A stretch of DNA of 55,293 bases, the filler included, from Platydemus manokwari (lineage: Eukaryota), in assembly GCA_037951405.1 (NCBI GenBank). It is 5 parts of 5 records of this genome, joined end to end, with 100 filler letters (N's around TTAATTAATTAA, not from the genome) between each part and the next. Parts side by side here need not be neighbours in the genome. Positions count along the whole stretch, not along the records: positions 12,400 to 21,804 come from JBBMOY011254318.1; positions 21,905 to 35,035 come from JBBMOY011829167.1; 3 more parts are not named here. The stretch is one strand, 5' to 3'. Below are positions 12,417 through 25,824 of the stretch, piece by piece. A program made the position numbers and the translations under genes. Positions within the stretch are counted from its first letter, which is position 1. Each line of letters begins with the position of its first letter. The notes beneath the pieces were generated by a model. It had not been told where the DNA came from, made no database searches, and saw only the letters and a program-made list of their open reading frames with translations.

Positions 12417-15400
12417 AAATCTAAGTTATGTCATCAACGGCTATTATCAAAACCACGTCATTGTGTTAGCCAATGTCGTATTGAATGAATTACAATTGTC
12501 TACCGATTGCCTACTTTTGTCATCTTCTCCTATTTATCCACCAGATTCTGGAATACGAAACACAATCACAATGACAAATCCGCTGAACTGTTCCACTGAA
12601 TTTCTTTGGCAGCCTGTGTTTAATTCAACTAATGGAATTGCTTTTTCCATACGGCCAAAAGAAGGTATTCAACTCGATTATATTCATCTCAACCATTTTA
12701 CTGTTTTACAACTAGATCTTGCTAGATAATTTAATCATATTTTTCAGTAGCTAGATTTTTAATATTGAATTTATCATTATTTGTTTTATTTCTGTGGTTG
12801 GAACTAATTTAAGAATTTTAAGGAGTCGTAGAACCTCATAGTACACTTGACTGCGAAGTTGTATTCCATCCTTCTTTCATGGCTCCAAGTGAAGGAGACT
12901 TTATACTGCGTATTCCTAGCAATGAAGAAAGAAGTATCGACAACAGCACTCAAGATACGGTACCGTCGGACAGTCCTAGTTTATCATTCAATGAAAAATC
13001 TACCATTACTCTTCATTGTGTTGCTAATCTTGGCATTCCACATGTAGCATTTCAATCTCGAAGAGTGATGTTTGGAAATATTCCGATCAATCTCACAACT
13101 TCTCGAACGGCGATTATGTTAAATACTGGCGGAAAACATGCCTATTTTCGAATAATTCCAGATGAATTATATGAAGAATATCCTGGAATGACAATCAATC
13201 CATTGAAAGGTTCAGTACCCGTTGGTGGCCAAGCCGAAATAACGGTGAGATTAGTTGCATCGATCTTTTTACGTTTAACACAACTAGTTATTATTAGTTC
13301 GATATTAGATGCTGGCGGTGTTTTATTATTAAAAAATGTATTTAGAATTTTCACATGACGTATAAAACTAATTACAGATAAAATATTTACCAACAGTTCT
13401 AACCAAATTTGATTGTTCTGTTCCCATAATAATTAGAGGATGGAAAGAATTGGAACTAAAAATCAGTGGGACAGTTATCATTCCTCAAGTAGAAATATTA
13501 CAAAAACGATTGGACTTTGGTGGTGAGACCCATTTGATCAGATTTCTTTTCATTGATAGATAAATTATTCGTTTGTTAGGAGTTCCTGTCGGATCTGAGA
13601 AGATATTGAATTTTGATATAATCAATAAATCACAATGCCGTGCAGAAGTTGAATTCGATTTTGTCAAGAACAAAGATTTCACAATTTCCAGTGAAAATTC
13701 ATCGGAGAATGAAAAATCTGTGATCAATTATGACAATCATAAATGCCTTATTATGCTGAAACCATTGCAGGATTTTACTTGCCAGCTTACGTTTAGTCCT
13801 AAAGAGGTTGGAATACAACAATGTTTTAACTTAATCTTTGTATTAAAATTATTAACAATAATTTTACTATAATAAAAAATTATTATTATTATTATTAAAT
13901 GTAATAATAATATTAATATTAATAATGATAGTAATTATAAGATTAATAGTAATTAATTAATTATAATAATAGTAATCATAATAATAATGTATTATAATGC
14001 TTGTGATGATATGGAACCAAAGCTCAATCACAAAAGGTGGATGGTTATGAATTCGAATTTATCAATGAGAGAATTAGTAAATGATGGATTCGATATAGTA
14101 TCTGATAGTGATGAGTGGTAAGAACTACAAAACCGGACTCTCATTGGACTACTTGTTTCTAGATTATCAGTAATTCAATCAGCAAGCTCTCGGAATCTTT
14201 ACAATTATTTTAATGAAAATTATTATAGAAAACATGTAGATATTTTATAACTGAAAGATTCTTTGCAATACTTTAAATATAAATAAAAGCAATCTAACGA
14301 AAATTGAATGATGTATATATGAAAACCAAGTGCTTTGAAATCCCGAATTATTATACAAAGCAGCATTACTATAAAAATCATTATATAAATTACGTATCCT
14401 AACTTTTAGGTTGCTTCATATGATTTTCCTCTATCAGTCAAGATAAATCAAGTTGAAATTACTCTACCTTCAGCGCAGTCGGATAATACCGATAATTCAA
14501 CTGTCTCCTCTAAGACCATGGGTAAGACACCTCTTCGTACTGGGATCGTTTCAACTCCTGCAACAACAGCAGAAAAATTACTAGCTTCAAATCTTGTTCG
14601 CACTGTGAGTGCTTGTGCCACTCGACAATTGATTGGCATATCTAAAACTAAATTCCAATTTCAATCAAGCTCCAAATCTGAGGAACTCTCAAAATGCCAG
14701 GTATTCATTATTTTCACTCATCAGATGTACACAAATTCTTCAAATCAGATTTATATTTTTATTGTTTTTGTAATTGCACTGTAAATTTTTGGATAGCACT
14801 TTTGAAATGTTTACATTTCGATAGTGGCACAATGAATATGAAATCATGATTATGATAAAATTCTTATTCTCATGGCTTATATTTAGAAAGATAATTTATA
14901 AGAAAGATCAAATGTCAAATTAATATTTACGATTACGACTGTCAGCTTTATGTCTAATTTAATGGGCTATTTCAGAGGTGACCAACTTTTGTGTACGTAA
15001 GATCAATAACATCTCACGCGATAGACTAAAATTGGCTTCAAGATCGACCAGTCGATCGCGATCGACCGGTTGGCCACCCCTGGGCTATTTGAACTAACTT
15101 TATGTTTTAAAATCAATCAAGAAGTTTCATTGATTTTCTGTCATTTAGCGATTTATTAAATGAAGATAAATTTAATAAAAATATCTGTCATTAGCCTTTT
15201 AAAATTATTAAACCTGAAAATATTCCAATTATTAAAATTATTACTTCAGCAATATTTTAAAATAATAATGGTATTTTGAAAATTTTGAAAATTTTATTTG
15301 ATTTATTAGATTTTATGTGTAACTGGTTCTGTAAGTAGTATGAGGACAATCACAGGAATTTTATTTATGAAATTAGTTTACCATCAATTTCAAATCCCAC

Positions 15401-18400
15401 ATTACGAGTTTTGATTTATGTATTTTATCTCTACATTCTCTCATTGGTGTTGTGTAACATTTACCGTTGTGCAACATTGACAATTTATGGTCACTCATTA
15501 TTTTGTTTAAAATATTCGATTCAATTATATTAGTGTAGAGAAATTGTCGATGATCTTTCTAATTTATAAATTTTTCACTTAATTAATTAATTCACAAAAA
15601 TCAAAATTACAAATCATTTACCAATAATAATTGTTAATCCACATAAATTTGTTAATCATTTTCAATAAAATCATTAATAATTTATGCATCAAAGTCATTT
15701 TTAATTAATTGTGACAAAATTGTTTTTAATTTCGAAATTTGTTTGAAAAATTGATTAAAGTTAAAAAATAGAATAAAATTTTAAAATTGTGGAGTGTAAT
15801 GCAAAAATCTATATAGATTTTTTAATTAAATTCTTTAATAACATTTTGAATTTTTTATTTAAGTACTTGAGTAAAATTTTAGTTATTTAGAATCAAATAA
15901 TACATGCACAGGATTTTTAAAATCTGCTAAAAATTAATTATTTTAAAAATGGGTCAAAGTAGATCAAAATGCAATTAATTAAAAATTAGCGAGGACCCCT
16001 TCTTTTAACATTAGATGCAATCAGAATAATATTTAAGATTTTTAGAGTTATTTTATAAAAATAAAGTGACTTCGAAATTATTGAGAAGTGCCAGGAACAA
16101 GGTACTTGTGTTTTTTCTCAAAATAAGTATATTAATATTTATTTAATAAATTGGATACATAGATCCCAAACCTGTCAACGTTGTAATGAAATTAAGATTT
16201 GATTCAAATCATATAAATCGCACAGGTGAAGATGCCACAAATATATAAGTTTCGGAATTCAAATAGGGACTTCGTTCAACAATTCAGCCTTGTCCATATT
16301 GGACATTCTGAATAAAGTATTTTTGGTTCACGGTGCTCACACAAAAAAATTATATTTACAAAATAATATCCATTAGTAAACTAACAACCAACAAATATTG
16401 ACAATTTTTATTCAAATAAAACCAACAATTTAAAAATTATTTATTGAGATACAACAAAATTTGTGGATTACTCGCCAATGAAGGAATATCTTGCCATAGA
16501 AATATAATTCCAGGCCTAAATATAGTGATAGAAATTGACGAGAAATGTTTCGAAAGTGCCAAATATAATAGCGGGCATCGAATACATGGTTTTTGATTGT
16601 CAGAGTTGATATTTGGTTTTTAATCTAAAATTGAATTTTATGTAAAAATTTCATTAAAAAGTGATTACAAATAAATTTAATATCAAATAACTCACGAAAA
16701 GTCATTATTTTAAAATTGGGTCAAAGGACCCTTTTTCTTAACTAAAGCCGAAAAGTCAAATTTATTGATTGAAAGATTGTTGATTGTCAGAGTTTTGCCA
16801 AAATTATTTGAAAATTAATTAATATTGATGGAGTTGAAGCGCGACAATTAAATTAATTTGATTAAAAGTAAAATATAAAATTATAGTTGCACTTTATAAT
16901 TTTATTTAAGTTTTGTTAGATCATTTGATCTGATAAATTATTTCTTGTCTCTGTCCACTGACATTTATAATACCAATGTCGGTGAATTTGGTGGCATGAT
17001 AATGCTAAGAATAATATTGAATTAGTTTATCCACTCATACCTCTACACTGGCCCCGTCCAGGACCAAAATTTTCCCTAAGCAAAGAATTTTGAAAATCTT
17101 CATATATTTATAACTAAAATTCACTGTGATCGTTGTATAGAATTTTGTTAGCAGACTTATTAATTAAATAATCGTCTACTAATTATTGATCTGGTGGCTT
17201 GTGAACAAATTGTTTTGGATATTTGAAAAATTCAAAAATTTTCATTTCTATTTATAGAAAAATTAAAATTACAGAATATGTAAAATTGAAAAATTTAAAT
17301 CCTTTTCATATTTTAATGTAAATGACAATTAATGTTTGTAAAATGACATATAGAAATAGAAATCAAAACATTATCTCAATTTTCCATATCACCCATACAG
17401 TGCCCGGTAAGAAAAAAATTAACAATGTCTATAATCGACCAGTATGGAGCGCTTACTTTAAACGGCTTTCTAAATCGAAGTGCTTTCACGTGAAAGATTT
17501 CACGTAGGTTTGATTGTCACTCTATATATTCAAAAGGTTACAAGAATGCTTTATGGAATTTTTACTGTAAATTACTTCCTAATTGGCATTGATTTTCTTA
17601 ATTGAGCCAACGGATTTATTTGAACTTTAATAATAGTAATTTGAGAATATTATCATAAAACTTCTGTAGCTAAACGTGAGATATAATTAATATGTAACTA
17701 ATCATTACACCACCTTTGCTAAATTTAGAATTAAAATTAATACTTCTATATTATATTTGAAGGCTTAATTTTTTAACCTAGCTTAGCTCCTTAGCAATTA
17801 AAATAATTAAAGTTCGTGAGACATTATTTAATTCATTTATAAGATCAATATTTTATTAAAGAAATATATAAGTTATTATAAACAATTTTCAAAGAATTCA
17901 ATTGTTGTTGTTACGTCATATCTCTTAATGAACGTTTGTATTTTAGAAATTGGTTATTTCCAATAACATGGATCGAACAGTTGAATTGTGTATAAGATTT
18001 TCTTCGGCTACTTGGAAATATGGGCTGGATTTGTTCAATAAGAAATCCATTTCTAAACCAAGACCCATTCCTTTTCAAATTTTCCAAAATTCACAATTAA
18101 TAGCAGCCAATGAAGATTTTACAGCGACATTGTCATCAGTTGGAGAGACAGTTTCTCTTGATATTAATTTTGGGCCTGGTTAGATTTAAAACATTGTAGA
18201 ATTACCATTGTTTATGTATTCATGACAACATATAAGTATTATTATTATTTTTATTATTATTATAAATATAGTTTATCAAGCTAAATAATATTAATATATG
18301 TAGATCAACCTGGTTGTTATGATGGTGAATTCGCAATTTTCGTTAACAATACATTTGAATTTCCATATCAACGAATATATTTATCCGGATATCAAGAAAG

Positions 18401-20614
18401 TCCGAGATTAATTTGCCAACCGAGTTATTTAACATTTATTTCGGCTCCTTTGAAGACTGAAGTTTCTCTTGATTTCAAGATTCTAGCTCTCAATTTTGAT
18501 GAACCAACAACTCTAACAATTGAACTACCTGTTGTTACCAGGCCGGGATCAGACATACCGTTTCAGCCTTTTAAATGTGTTTTACACACATCTAATGGTA
18601 AATATAACACCGTTTCAGTTGTCATGAGGAAATTATTATTATTGTTTTTGACAGAGATTTCATCAATAAAAGATAACTCGAAAATAACGGAAATTCGAGG
18701 AACATTGACATTTATATGTGATGTACCTATCAACATTAGATCATCGATGGAATTCGTTACTGCGTCAGGATTCAGAAAATCTGTAAATCTAAATGCAAGC
18801 GCTGATAATTGCCAGTTTTCATGGCATGCATTTATTAACAAACATCAAGCTGAATATCACATCATTTGTGATGAGGTAAGATTCCGTTATTTTTGCTAGA
18901 TAAATTATTTTCATTGTTTATTTTTATAAGAAATTTAAATCTGTCCTAGTTTTGTCTTTTCAATTACACACACAAAAAATCCGATTTGTTAGTCGCTTAT
19001 ATTTTAAAAATCACAGATTAAAAACGAACTGAATAATCAAGTCACCAAAAAAATTTACTTAAATACAACTATTAAAAACAAATAAATTTAATTTTATATA
19101 AATATTTGGGTTAAATTTGAATTAAAAATTTGATTTATTTAAAATATCTCACTTATCCAAATTTTTTTCCATTATACTTTCAAATCTAAAATTGAAACAA
19201 CTCTCAATAGTTTCACATCTTCTGAAAATTGTAAATTCATTTAAAATGTCGATGAGTTTTCAGAACAAATTTCAATTATTAAATAAATATAGGTGTGTGC
19301 CGTAATAATTTGATTTATTATATTTAATGTTTAGTTGCATAGATTTAGAATTATTTTACCACCGTTAAGATAAGAAAAATATTATTTTTATTATTTATTT
19401 ATTCTTAATATTCTACTTATTATAGAAAGTAGAATAACAAGAAAAATCTTGATAAATATTGAAATTAATTTGAACTTTTAGTAGTTCAGAAATTTTTTAA
19501 ATTACAATATTAAAAAATTTTTGAAATAGGGAAAGCATTTAGAGGGCACTGAAATTTCAAAATCTACCAAGTCGGTGGATGTTGGTGAAGCTCAATTGAA
19601 ACTCTTAAACAAGGATGTGAAACATCTCCATTACATTGGAGATGGTCGGTCTCATAGTCGAAACAGTACAACTGTAACTAGTTCAAACTTTGAAGAGTCG
19701 TCAGTGACTTACGAGGAAACGACTAGTGAGAATGGTAAGTCTTGTATTTTCTAATTTAAATTCTGTAAAGCATTTCTGAGTAATAAGATTTAAACGCAAT
19801 TTGGAATTAATTTCATTTTGAATTTTCAAGATTCTGTTACATTTTAGAATATAATCTTTCGATAATTCTTCATGCTTATATCAATTATACATTAAGATCA
19901 AATTACAATGGCATCTCAATAATTATGCTTTCAGAGTTGAAATATTAAATTTATCTTGGATAAAAATATAAAAATGAGTTTACGTTTTCTGAGATATACT
20001 TGTTGTCGACAGGAAAATGATTTTGTCATTTTAATTCTATTATTCGGATTTCCATATTTAAAAACCAACAATAGTTGTAACGAAATCCATAAATGATCCA
20101 TTTTGAAATTGTTCTTGTAATCGATTGTTTATCAGATATTGATTAATTATTTTTATATTGTTTTGATATTTTTATACCCCTACAGCATGATTTTTGATAG
20201 AAATTATTATTTGATCTATCTATTTTTAGAATCAGCATATATCGGTACTCCTGTTGCGTATCGTGATGGTGCATTGAACAATAATGGTGAAAAAGTGAAA
20301 TATAAATCATCCGCAAGCCCATCCATCAAACCCAATCAAAAACCCGCAGAGGGTTCAAGTGGGAGCACTTTAGAGATGAGCAGTTCGGTTATTTCTGATA
20401 AAAATTATATCAATATGTATGTTGCTCCTAATATGGGTCTGGGACTTATTAATGATGACAATGAATCAATGACTACTCAATCGAGTTTCAACAAAGATTT
20501 CGACATTCCAACCAACTACGATGCAGAATTGTTATTAATCGTTCAAAGATGGTTTACGATGCATGGATGGCCTGGAAATCTATATCCAATTAATGTACCT
20601 GTCAGCTTTAGAAA
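12417..20614 (+). CDS. CFAP47: Cilia- and flagella-associated protein 47, ten internal exons (partial at both ends)
   Basis: Phase-compatible GT-AG exons 12417-12664, 12823-13244, 13378-13522, 13580-13806, 14410-14700, 17947-18178, 18304-18597, 18655-18875, 19530-19734, 20230-20614. They encode tandem ASH/Ig-like repeats (FGNIPINLTTSRTAIMLNTG, INPLKGSVPVGGQAEITI) and CFAP47-like motifs ASADNC and VQRWFTMHGWPG. Confidence 0.82.
14973..15082. mobile_element. 110-bp hAT-superfamily MITE in a CFAP47 intron
   Basis: TIRs CAGAGGTGACCAAC / GTTGGCCACCCCTG (12 of 14 match); perfect 8-bp TSD GGCTATTT at 14965-14972 and 15083-15090; internal GATCGAC palindromes. Confidence 0.9.
15780..16010 (-). repeat. 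Dispersed repeat, copy 2 (inverted relative to 8005-8235)
   Basis: See copy 1. An internally deleted piece of the same end (ttttaaaattgggtcaaaggaccctttttctt) recurs at about 16707-16742. Confidence 0.65.
16150..16596 (+). mobile_element. Merlin (IS1016/ISXO2-like) transposase remnant in a CFAP47 intron
   Basis: 16501-16596 reads NIIPGLNIVIEIDEKCFESAKYNSGHRIHGF, matching the Merlin motif G.IVEIDESKFGKRKYNRGHR. An upstream CQRC is seen at about 16172. Heavily decayed. Confidence 0.75.
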
Positions 20615-21728
20615 GTAAGATATAGATGATTATATAAATATATTTTTTGAAATTTAATTTAATTCTCAAAAATGTTTATATTTATTTCTAGATTTACCAG
20701 TTACCGTGAGACTGGATCGAATTATTTCTTTGTCAAATAAATCTTTTAAACGACAAATTTCAGATACTTAAAAATATATTTAAGCTATTATTCGTTTGTT
20801 ATACAGTCGAACTCGATTGGTAACAACTTGTTTACCCCATGAAAAATGGTGATAACGACTGCGACATTAAGTGAACATACTAAAAAAACTAATTAAATAT
20901 AATTAAAACGTAATCACAATTTGTTATAAATCGATCGTAAGCGATGAGTCATCGTAAATCCATTGGTCGTAAATCTACTGTCACCCGTTATAAATTTATC
21001 GAACTAGTACTATCAATCTATATTTAGGTAGAACTTTTGAATTATATAAGTATTTTAAAAAATGGGGTAATATCGCATTTTCTCAATTTACTTAAACAAT
21101 TTTTTATCACATTTATTAGTCCCTTGTTAAAAGTCTCAAAATTAACAAATTTCTTCATTAAAATAAATTAATTTTAATATATAGTCGATAGCGAATTGAT
21201 TTCTGAAATGACTTTATATAAGTTAAATGTCATTTAATATTACTGTAAAGATTCAACTCAAATTTAAAATCAATTTCCATTCTTTAAATGTTTAACCAAT
21301 AATAAGAAAATTTTTTAATTAATTTGTGGAAGTTTATAAATACTAATAGATAGCTCAAAACAGTATGGTCATTTTACCAATTTTAAAATTGTGTTCGTCG
21401 GACACAAATATGTAACCACGCATTGAGGAAAACTTCTTAAATTTAAAATTAATCTTTTTGTGATTCTATTTAGTTTGGCAACGTAATTAGAACCTGGTGA
21501 AGATGATGTCTTTCAAGAATTTAACTTGTATTATATTTTCATATTATTCTATGGAAGAACTAGACCGATATTGGATATAGGAATTCAGAAATTTTATAAA
21601 TGGCTTTCATTTTGTAAAGTTAAACTTAAATTTCTCGCTATGACGTTTCTAACCTTTTTACTTTCATTATATTAATTATGTTAATCAAATATTATAAAGA
21701 GATCACTAAAAATAGTGTATACGATAAG

Positions 21729-21804
21729 TATTAGGTCATCCGAAAAGTAATGTCCGTTTTGACAATTTCAAATTTTGATTGATATATTATCAATCAATAG
21801 GATA
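21729..21804 (+). mobile_element. Mariner left end, truncated at contig break
   Basis: TA-TTAGGTCATCCGAAAAGTAATGTCCGTTTT resembles mariner TIRs; the contig ends about 45 nt later. Confidence 0.65.
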
Positions 21805-21904
21805 NNNNNNNNNNNNNNNNNNNNNNNNNNNNNNNNNNNNNNNNNNNNTTAATTAATTAANNNNNNNNNNNNNNNNNNNNNNNNNNNNNNNNNNNNNNNN
21901 NNNN
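21805..21904. other. Artificial contig linker N44-TTAATTAATTAA-N44
   Basis: Core at 21849-21860; 100 nt in total. Confidence 0.97.
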
Positions 21905-21974
21905 ATTAAATAATTTATTAATTAATATTTTCATTTCAAATTTTCTTCATTTATTAAAATACGTATTTAATTTT

Positions 21975-22043
21975 ATATTATTATGGTTGTTGTTGTTATT
22001 ATTATTATTATTATTATTATTGCTGTTGTTATTATTATTATTA
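21975..22043. repeat. (ATT)n/(GTT)n microsatellite
   Basis: Visible trinucleotide runs; these generate the spurious poly-Ile/Val ORF. Confidence 0.9.
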
Positions 22044-25000
22044 CACTATATTTTTTCATTCACTTTTATTACACCATAAAAAAGTTACATTTTGAAAAGT
22101 TACAATTGAAAATAAAAATTATTGACAATCCTATTTCAGCTCTTCAAAGACTTCATCAGCATCTCTGCACTGAGAAATATGGGATTAAAGACATTTTCAA
22201 TAATGTTTTCGTTTATAAAAATATTGAAAACAAATTAGCCAATCATAAATCAAATAATCGATCAAATTCCGGATTATTGTATCGTGGCTAAATTTACTAA
22301 AATACCTTGAACTAATTCTAAAGTGTTGACCCGCAACAAATTATGAAGTATTATTGATGTCAGGCCAAAGCTTGTCATTCCAATTGAGCTGCTAATAGAA
22401 CAGTCTCGAGCCGATTGAAAAGTAAGTTTCGGTTTTGATTTTTATATCGCATCTTAGTGAGATAACATTTCAAATATAATATTGATGTACTCATTAATAA
22501 ATAATTTATTAAATAGACACTTAATATATTGTAATTTAAGTTTGACAGTGAACTTACATCCTGAACTAATCAATAATATTAGTAACCCAAAATATGCATT
22601 TAATGTCTTTCCGAGAATTTTAAAATATAAAATTAAAATTAGAGTTATTGTCATATTATTAATTATTATATTATTATTATGTTATTATCATATTATTATT
22701 ATTAGTGTTAGTTAATAAAATTTGAACTTACTAGTTAATTTAAAAGTAGGCTTAATATCAAGTTCAGGTAGCAGTGATTTAAAGCAAACAAAAAACAAGG
22801 AATTATAAATATTTATATTAACGATGAAACTGGAATGAAGACTTAAACAAATATTCTCGGCAAATTGGCAAATTAAAAATGTATAATAACATTCAATTCG
22901 CTCAGAATTCAAAACCCAATTGAACAGCATTTATATCATTTGGACGAATTGATTTTGATATTGTAGAAAGGCTATTGAAGATCATTGATCTTTAAGTGAA
23001 ATGAAAAGAGATTGTGTAAAATTGTCATGAGAATTAATCGCTGATAGATGATATTAAAGGATATCAAAGGATAAAATTAACCATTAGTCGATTCTAACAA
23101 ATATCGGGTAAAATAATTTTTCAGTATTTATGTATTGGAAAATCAATATCACAGAATGTATTGAGGGATCAACGGTTCTTTAGTGGAACTCAATCTTTTT
23201 ATCTGACTAATATTTGATAAATTGAAAATTTGTGTACATTTTGTGTGACAGTTGCTCGTTTTTGCTGTGTGAGAAGTGTGATCTCTGACGAAATTAAATT
23301 ATTAAAGAAAACCTAACCTATACATCCCGGTATGAAAATCGATAAAATATTGTATTGCTTTTCGTAAAATTTTGACATCCTTTATCTGGGGTATGATTTA
23401 TGTATTGTGTTATTATGAATCATTAATCGTGACAGCATTAGGCTACTCTTTTTAATTAACTACAGCTATTTACAAAAAATTTACTGTATTATTTGTTGTC
23501 AAATATAACTGTACTGTACAATTTTTATCTCATTTTAAACTTGATATTACAATATTGATAACAACTTAAGAAGAAAGCATTTCAGCTTCTCGAATAAGTC
23601 ATGTTTTGCTTCTTGCTTTGACAACGTTTTTCGTAGACTGGTGAAATAGATTTATTAATATTTTCGTCCACCTTATATCGCAAATTATAAAGATAGCCAA
23701 CTAAATTCTAAACGTCTCAAATAGTATTTTACTTTAAAAATACCTTTTCACAATGTTTATCAATATACGAGCCTTTATTACCATTTATTATCAATTTTTA
23801 AATCGACATATGATTCTGAGGTTATTTTTTCATTCTGCTGATAAAAGTTAAAAAAGAATCTGTATGATCAATGGACCAATAAATATTTGAAATAATTACC
23901 TCAGAATAATATTCTATTTTACATATGCATACCCCTATTAATGTCTAATAGATAAGTGTGCATTTCGTGATAAAATTCTTAACAAGCCTGTTCATTTGTG
24001 ATAAGTTTCTTTCCCATTTTGTATAGCTCATCAATTTTATTGACTGTACGGTGTAATGCATCAAAATAGCTTTTTCGGTGCTGATCATTCCATATGAGAA
24101 CATAATGCATAATGAAGAGAAAATAGCTCTCATATTCAAAATAAATTTTTACCGAAACACATTTTTCAAGTTTAGAAGACATACTAATGACCAATGATGT
24201 TAGGGGAGAAATTTATTTCCTTTGAAAAATTTGGTATTATATCCAAAATTTCCTTCCCAATGTTTTTCAAGTGCGTCCAAGCTTTCAAAAAATTACATCG
24301 GAAAAAGTGATCGACAGCAATTGCGACTACGCACTTCTATCACAATATTTATCGATAACAGTTTTCATCAGATCTGATGACGTTTTTCCAATTCAAAGAG
24401 ATTTAAAATTGTATTTCCTTTTAATGAAAACCACTTTGATCTACACCAATAGCATATACTGTGATTCGCTGAGGTGACGTCATTTTTATTGAAGTAATTA
24501 CGGTAAATAGATAAATCAAAAATACTCTTGGAACTTATTCTAACCCAAGCTCACAGTATTTCTCAAATCCAAACAAAATGATTGTCTGAAAAATATCCAA
24601 AATCGATTTTTAATTTTAGAACCGCGCTGGGGAAACATACTTGTACATTTTATTATTGATTTTTTGAATTTTCTTTTCTAAAATGCAGAGAAAACAAATT
24701 TTTTGTGTTGATTTCGTTTAATTTTCCCAAAATCTTATGACAAAATCTATGTTTTTGTAAGCAAGAGGAAAGTAAATACTTTCAGATGATAGAGGACATT
24801 GAAATGAAAATCATAAAGGGAAATCAAAACAGTAAGAATCAACAAAGTTAATTAATGCCAGTAATAGCATTACAGCACACCACTATTTTGGAAAAAAGTA
24901 AATATGGAAATATGAAAATCGTTGCGATGGTAACCATATCTACTGGTTACAAAATTTCGGAATTATTACAACTTTTCGATGTGTTGTTGTATATTCCCAT

Positions 25001-25617
25001 TAAAATTATTATGTATCTCTCGATTTCCCTTGTTCCACTAAATTACGACAGATTACTGATCACCACTAACTAGTTCTGATTTGAGTGAGCGTTGGAACAA
25101 ACTATTTACGGTTTTCTCGATCTTTGAATATCACGCAAAATTTCACTGGAATATCTTTCGCCGAGAAATAAAAAGCCAAATAGCGATATAAATTTTTTAC
25201 TTGACCATGAATTTGAGAATTTTGTTAACATTTATTTCAAAGTCACTATATAAAGGATTTTATTTCAAGGTTATGATTATGATTAACATTGCCTCTTTGG
25301 TGATAAATTTTAGTAGCCATATATAAACCTTATGGAAAAGTCCATTTATTGCTGATAAGATAGTGTTTTATATTTTAATATAATTTATTAAATTTTTTTA
25401 AAAAATGACTTGAAAGAATCACTACTCAATACATTATCTACACAAATACGTTTTACAAAGAGATTTTATAACGGATAATAATAGGAAAACCTTGATAAGT
25501 AGAAAAATTAATGTTATAAATTTTAAAGCTGCGAAAAGACATTCGATAATATATTAATCAACAGAAATAAACTGGCATAAGATTTATTTATCACAAAACA
25601 ACAACTGTCAACTATTT

Positions 25618-25824
25618 TTATACACCCATTATATTACCTCGACTACGCTTCCCCATTCTTGTAGCCCAATAAGGACGCTTGAGAAGACTTCTTTTGTAGA
25701 ATGTTGTGTCATCAAGTTTGTCATTGAGCTCAAATTCTGGGTAGGAATCTTTGATAAATGCTTCTGTGACAAATTCATTCAACATAACAATGAAAACAAT
25801 TGTCAATGATAAAACGACCTTCAT
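25618..25824 (-). CDS. Neuropeptide prohormone encoding PYWATRM-amide (similar to planarian AYWASRMamide / spp-1-type peptides)
   Basis: ATG at 25824 gives signal peptide MKVVLSLTIVFIVMLNEFVTEA, an acidic spacer, then KR-SLL-KR-PYWATRM-G-KR (dibasic cleavage sites plus amidation Gly). Confidence 0.88.
   Translation of the reverse strand: MKVVLSLTIVFIVMLNEFVTEAFIKDSYPEFELNDKLDDTTFYKRSLLKRPYWATRMGKRSRGNIMGV

Noticed and set aside
14010-14130. Possible 3' end of an RTE-type LINE in a CFAP47 intron
   Set aside because: Only a vague resemblance; too degraded to support.
11531-20614. DYNC2H1-CFAP47 fusion or ciliary gene cluster
   Set aside because: The two are separated by an artificial contig linker at 12300-12399.
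20802-20981. Pogo/Tigger-like MITE (TACAGTCGAACTCGA..CTACTGT); similar lone ends at about 9367, 17045 and 17396
   Set aside because: TIR pairing is poor and no TSD could be confirmed.
21983-22930. Hydrophobic ORFs resembling membrane or signal peptides
   Set aside because: They are produced by ATT/GTT microsatellites and low-complexity AT sequence.
23560-24480. Minus-strand decayed coding-like region with HHWSLVCL (Ulp1-like?)
   Set aside because: No downstream Asp or QxNxxDCG motif found and many stops; identity cannot be supported.
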